This document shows positions 32,086 through 35,413 of a stretch of 35,413 bases of DNA, piece after piece. How positions within the stretch are numbered: the stretch's first letter is position 1; every line of letters starts with the position of its first letter. Origin of the DNA: Gemmatimonadales bacterium (GTDB lineage: Bacteria > Gemmatimonadota > Gemmatimonadetes > Gemmatimonadales > GWC2-71-9); assembly GCA_035540075.1 (NCBI GenBank), contig DATLHD010000090.1, forward strand, positions 1 to 35,413, written 5' to 3'. The notes below the pieces were generated by a model that saw nothing but the letters and a program-made list of their open reading frames with translations, did no database searches and was not told where the DNA came from. A program made the translations under genes and the position numbers.

Positions 32086-34767
32086 TCAACGGGTCGGACG
32101 CTGCCCCAGCGCAAGCAGATTGACGAACAGCCGCAGGGCACCCGGGTTCCCCGCCGGCAGCTGCCGGAAGAACGACAGTCCGGTGTACACGTAGGTTCCC
32201 CGCCCGACAGGAGCGATGAGCAGTCCCCCCCGCAGCTCGGCCTCGCCTTCGTCGTGCGTCTCGATGAGCGGCTGGTACGCTGGGTCCCAGGTCCGCGCGA
32301 AGTAGAGACCGCGCTCCTGGATCCAGCCTTCCCAGTCGAGCTCCGAAATCCGGTTGGGCCGCCGCAGCACCGGGTGGTCGGGAACCAGGACCGTCACGGG
32401 GGCGGTCTCGTCCACCACGCGGTCGTGGCCCACCGGGCGCGCGGTGCTGTCGGGGACTGGGCTCGTCCCGTTGGTTCCCCCGCTGGCGTGCAGGGTGTCG
32501 GCCGGGACGGTGAGCGGAGGCCCGCCCACGGTGAGCGGGAGCGGCGCGAAGCCACCCTCGAAGAACAGGTGCTGCTGGTACTGCACCACCAGCACCCCAC
32601 CCCCGCGAACGTAGGAGAGGAGCCGGGCGTTGTTCTCCACCAGCGCCGAATCGGTCTCGTACGCCCGTGGGCCGATGACGATCACCGGAAACTGGGTGAG
32701 GTCGCCGCGCTCCAGCGCCGCCGCTTCGAGCAGCGTCACCGGCAGGCCCGCCTGCTGGAGCGCCTCGGGGACGACGTCCGAGGCGCCTCGGACATAGCCC
32801 ACCCGCGCGAGCTTCGGGAGCGCGACCGGCGCGAGCCACACCTCCGCCGTCGCGGGGGCCACGTAGGTGCGGCTGTGGATGTGCGGGTACGCCACCGTGA
32901 AGACCCCGCCGGTATACTCCCGGCCCGCCGAGTCTCTTGCGAAGGCATGGATGGTCGCGGTTCCACGCTCGGCGCCTTTCGGCGCGCTGACGTCGAAGGT
33001 GAAGGCCTCGCGCTCGTCCTCACCGACCAGGCGGAACGCCTGGGGCCGAACAGGAGGCCAGCCCTCGGGCAGCTCCAGGCCCACGGTGCCGGTCGTGGTG
33101 TCGCGCGCGCCGTGGGTCAGGGTGACGGTGAACCGATGAGTTCCGGGAGTGAGCAGCGACCAGACGTAGGTGTGGGGATCCAGTCGCACCCCCACCCTGG
33201 GCACGACGACCACCGGCCGGCGGACTTCGCCCTGGGCCTGGTCGTTGACCCGGTAGCTGACCTCGCGGGAGGTTTCCCCGCCCGGTCCCAGCCGTCCGAA
33301 GCGCGCCACCGGAACGGAGCCGCCGAAGGGCTCGCCGAGATCGGTCGCGGCCACGCCGGTCCAGTCGTACAGCGCGCCCTGCCGCGGATGGCGGAGGAAG
33401 TAGGGTGTCGTGGCGACGGCTCCGGTGTCCGGCGTCAACATCGCCACCGAGCGGTGCACCTCGCCTGGACCGAGCGAGATCTCCCCGTTGGAATCCGACT
33501 CCACGTGCCACTCGGCGGAAGGCACCAGGCCACCCGTCACGGAGATCGAATCGGTGCCGGCGTTCCACACCAGCACGTCGACGCTGTCCGCCTGTCCGCC
33601 GATCACCCGGTCGTCGTGGGCCAGCGCATCGGCCACGAGGCCTGCCGCAATCGCGAGGGCCCGCTCCGTGTGTCGTCGCTGGTCCGCCTGTTCAGGCGTA
33701 GAGAAGAGGATCTGGGCGCGGCTGTCGTCCGACTGGGGCGAGAGGTCGCGCTTGCCCCGGTCCAGCAGGGCCACCACGCGGTTGAACGCGCCGGTACCCA
33801 GGGCCGTCCGCGCGCTGTCCGCGCGCGCGGCGAACCGCTGGCGCGCGGCCGGGCCGTCGGTGCCGGGAGCGTCCCGCCACGGCATCCCGGCGAGCGAGGT
33901 GTCGATGCCCTCGAACAACCCGCCATTGCCCTCGGCGGTCCGATCCTCCAGCAAGGCGAGCGGTACCTTCGAGGGGCCGATATCCTGGAGCCTTCCCATG
34001 TCCTGCGAGCGGTGCAGGCTCCGGCTCGCCATCGCGATCTGGTGGTACGACTTGCCCACGGCGCGGTCGAGCACCCCGCCGTCCAGGGCGATGGTCGTCG
34101 CCGTGCTGTCGAACCGGGTCGAGCGGTAGAGCTTCAGCGGGGTCCACGGCCGGAGCCCCTCCTCGCGACCTAGCTCGGGAAACCGAGTGGTGTCACCGGC
34201 CGCGGCGAACGCCTCGATGGCTGCCCAGCCCGCGGCCTGATGCTGGCCGTGCCCGTCGTTGGGGGTGCCGCTGAACACCGAGACGATGATCTGGGGCCGG
34301 AACCGCCGCACGATCCGCACGACGTCCTTGAGGACGGTGTCCTGGGGCCAGTGCTCCCAGGTCTCGTCCAGCGTCTTGGAGTACCCGAAATCGTAGGCGC
34401 GGGTGAAATACTGCCGCGCGCCGTCGAGCCGCCTGGCGGCCAGCAGCTCCTCGGTCCGGATCAGGCCGAGCGCTTCCCCCAGCTCCGGGCCGATGAGGTT
34501 CTGTCCCCCCTCGCCGCGGTTGATGGACAGGTACGCGGCCTCGGCCCCCATGCCCCGGACGAGTACCGTCAGCAGCTCGGTGTCCTCGTCGTCCGGGTGA
34601 GCCCCGATCACCAGCACGCGCCGGTAGTGCCCCAGCAGGCGCAGCTCTCGGTCCAGGGCGACCACGCCCCCGGTGCCGGGCGGCTCCAGCTGGGCGTGCA
34701 GGGAGCACGGCAGGAGCGGGAGGAGCGGGAGAAAGAAGGCGAAGACGCGGGTGAGTGCGAGGCGCAA
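32086..34767 (-). CDS. Large secreted PIG-L/LmbE-family deacetylase with additional beta-rich and ThuA/GATase1-like C-terminal regions
   Basis: 893 aa. TTG start at 34767 is the only start candidate for the signal peptide MRLALTRVFAFFLPLLPLLPCSLHAQ. PIG-L motif VLVIGAHPDDEDT, and ...GHGQHQA. The C-terminal block FPVIVIGPRAYE...GGGVLVVQYQQ is ThuA-like. Confidence 0.8.
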   Translation of the reverse strand: MRLALTRVFAFFLPLLPLLPCSLHAQLEPPGTGGVVALDRELRLLGHYRRVLVIGAHPDDEDTELLTVLVRGMGAEAAYLSINRGEGGQNLIGPELGEALGLIRTEELLAARRLDGARQYFTRAYDFGYSKTLDETWEHWPQDTVLKDVVRIVRRFRPQIIVSVFSGTPNDGHGQHQAAGWAAIEAFAAAGDTTRFPELGREEGLRPWTPLKLYRSTRFDSTATTIALDGGVLDRAVGKSYHQIAMASRSLHRSQDMGRLQDIGPSKVPLALLEDRTAEGNGGLFEGIDTSLAGMPWRDAPGTDGPAARQRFAARADSARTALGTGAFNRVVALLDRGKRDLSPQSDDSRAQILFSTPEQADQRRHTERALAIAAGLVADALAHDDRVIGGQADSVDVLVWNAGTDSISVTGGLVPSAEWHVESDSNGEISLGPGEVHRSVAMLTPDTGAVATTPYFLRHPRQGALYDWTGVAATDLGEPFGGSVPVARFGRLGPGGETSREVSYRVNDQAQGEVRRPVVVVPRVGVRLDPHTYVWSLLTPGTHRFTVTLTHGARDTTTGTVGLELPEGWPPVRPQAFRLVGEDEREAFTFDVSAPKGAERGTATIHAFARDSAGREYTGGVFTVAYPHIHSRTYVAPATAEVWLAPVALPKLARVGYVRGASDVVPEALQQAGLPVTLLEAAALERGDLTQFPVIVIGPRAYETDSALVENNARLLSYVRGGGVLVVQYQQHLFFEGGFAPLPLTVGGPPLTVPADTLHASGGTNGTSPVPDSTARPVGHDRVVDETAPVTVLVPDHPVLRRPNRISELDWEGWIQERGLYFARTWDPAYQPLIETHDEGEAELRGGLLIAPVGRGTYVYTGLSFFRQLPAGNPGALRLFVNLLALGQRPTR

Positions 34768-34830
34768 AGAATCCCCGGGGCCGTGTGAGTCAGAGTGCCG
34801 GAAAGCTACACGGTCCCGGGGCTGGATTCT
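34768..34830 (-). terminator. Long imperfect hairpin between the small membrane-protein gene and the PIG-L gene; possible terminator and/or start-site-occluding structure
   Basis: + strand AGAATCCCCGGGGCCGTGT...ACACGGTCCCGGGGCTGGATTCT: about 19 bp of pairing with a small bulge. On the - strand it is followed by TTGCGCC, where TTG is the PIG-L start codon, in a T-rich context (ATTCTTTG). Confidence 0.45.
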
Positions 34831-34842
34831 AAGGCGAACGAC

Positions 34843-35349
34843 TCAGTGGAGCGGCGCGGCCCCGAGGGGCGTCTCCCGGATGGAGCGCCGGAACGCCGGA
34901 TGTCGGATCCAGAGGTATAAGCCCATGCTGACGGCTGCCAGCGTGTTCGCCGAGACCACCGCCCAGAAGGGGAACAGCTCCCCGGTCCGCTCCGACAGCA
35001 CCTCGAGCAGCCCGTAGAAAATCACCTCGAAGGCGAGGAAGATTGGGAGCAGGGCGTAGCGGACCACCGAGTTCTCGGTGCCCCAATGCACGACCGCCAC
35101 CAGTCCCATCCCCAGCAGGGCGAAGACGATGAAGTGGAAGGCGGTGTACAGCAGGATAGCGCCGAAGATGATCGAGCGCGTGTCCGGCGTCGGATCCCCC
35201 ATCAGGACCACCTGGCCCAGCAGGCTCGGCGTGAGCAGGGGATGACCGGCGAGGGTGTCGAGGACGAGGAACCAGAGGGCGACTGCCAGACCCCCGATGA
35301 TGCCGACGTCGGTGCCTTCAGCGGGGATCGAGTGCGAACGTTCCGCCAT
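34843..35349 (-). CDS. Hypothetical small integral membrane protein (about 4-5 TM)
   Basis: 168 aa. AGGAGG 6 nt upstream of the ATG at 35349. Hydrophobic segments IIGGLAVALWFLVL, IIFGAILLYTAFHFIVFALLGMGLVAVV, ALLPIFLAFEVIFYGLL, FWAVVSANTLAAVSMGLYLW. No family recognised. Confidence 0.55.
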   Translation of the reverse strand: MAERSHSIPAEGTDVGIIGGLAVALWFLVLDTLAGHPLLTPSLLGQVVLMGDPTPDTRSIIFGAILLYTAFHFIVFALLGMGLVAVVHWGTENSVVRYALLPIFLAFEVIFYGLLEVLSERTGELFPFWAVVSANTLAAVSMGLYLWIRHPAFRRSIRETPLGAAPLH

Positions 35350-35413
35350 GGGCGGACCTCCTGCGGAGAGAGCTACTCTCTCACAGTGCAGGGATTCGGC
35401 GCGGAGCGCAAGG

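Noticed and set aside
34700-34745. Short tandem repeat GGAGCGGGA x2-3
   Set aside because: It simply encodes the LLPLLPLLP stretch of the PIG-L protein signal peptide on the minus strand. It is too short and in-frame to be more than low-complexity coding sequence.
35366-35382. 7-bp perfect hairpin GAGAGAG-cta-CTCTCTC in the 5' leader of the small membrane-protein gene
   Set aside because: It is real in the sequence but short, near the window edge and without context. It cannot be distinguished from chance or a minor operator, so it is not promoted to a finding.

Overview
Very GC-rich chromosomal segment with strong GC3 codon bias, almost fully coding. About 31 real genes are supported. The many other long ORFs in the track are out-of-frame or antisense artefacts of the high GC content. 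I saw no rRNA, tRNA, CRISPR array, transposase, integrase or prophage genes. Left to right: a gene 3' end, a VLCAD-like acyl-CoA dehydrogenase, queF, an M28 peptidase (-), and gltA-acs with a 4-nt overlap. Next are speA (-), an orphan helical protein, an M50/CBS site-2 protease, a secreted SNase-like nuclease (-) and an SRPBCC-epimerase fusion. These are followed by a queC-queE-(degenerate HD)-5'-nucleotidase operon and a GGDEF / CGNR zinc-finger / tandem pseudokinase-kinase cassette. The right half holds cspA, infA (-), an M3 oligoendopeptidase (-), and an amidase with a small Tat-signal partner ORF (-). It ends with a minus-strand chain (PIG-L deacetylase, ABC binding protein, ATPase, permease, MFS, DUF2339) and a small membrane protein. 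Non-coding structure: a REP-like palindromic element family (three full copies and one solo arm) sits next to gene 3' ends. There are also several strong intergenic hairpins, one of which pairs the Shine-Dalgarno sequence of the M50 protease gene. The composition and the REP family are reminiscent of Gemmatimonadota/Acidobacteriota-type genomes, from recollection only and not verified. Best candidates for something undescribed are (1) the GGDEF - CGNR - tandem pseudokinase/kinase cassette and (2) the Tat-signal small subunit translationally coupled to a signal-less amidase. Weaker candidates are the degenerate Mesh1/SpoT-like HD protein inside the que operon and the ABC-MFS-DUF2339 coupled chain. 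No classical defence or mobile system is evident. All family assignments rest on motif recognition by eye, with no searches run.
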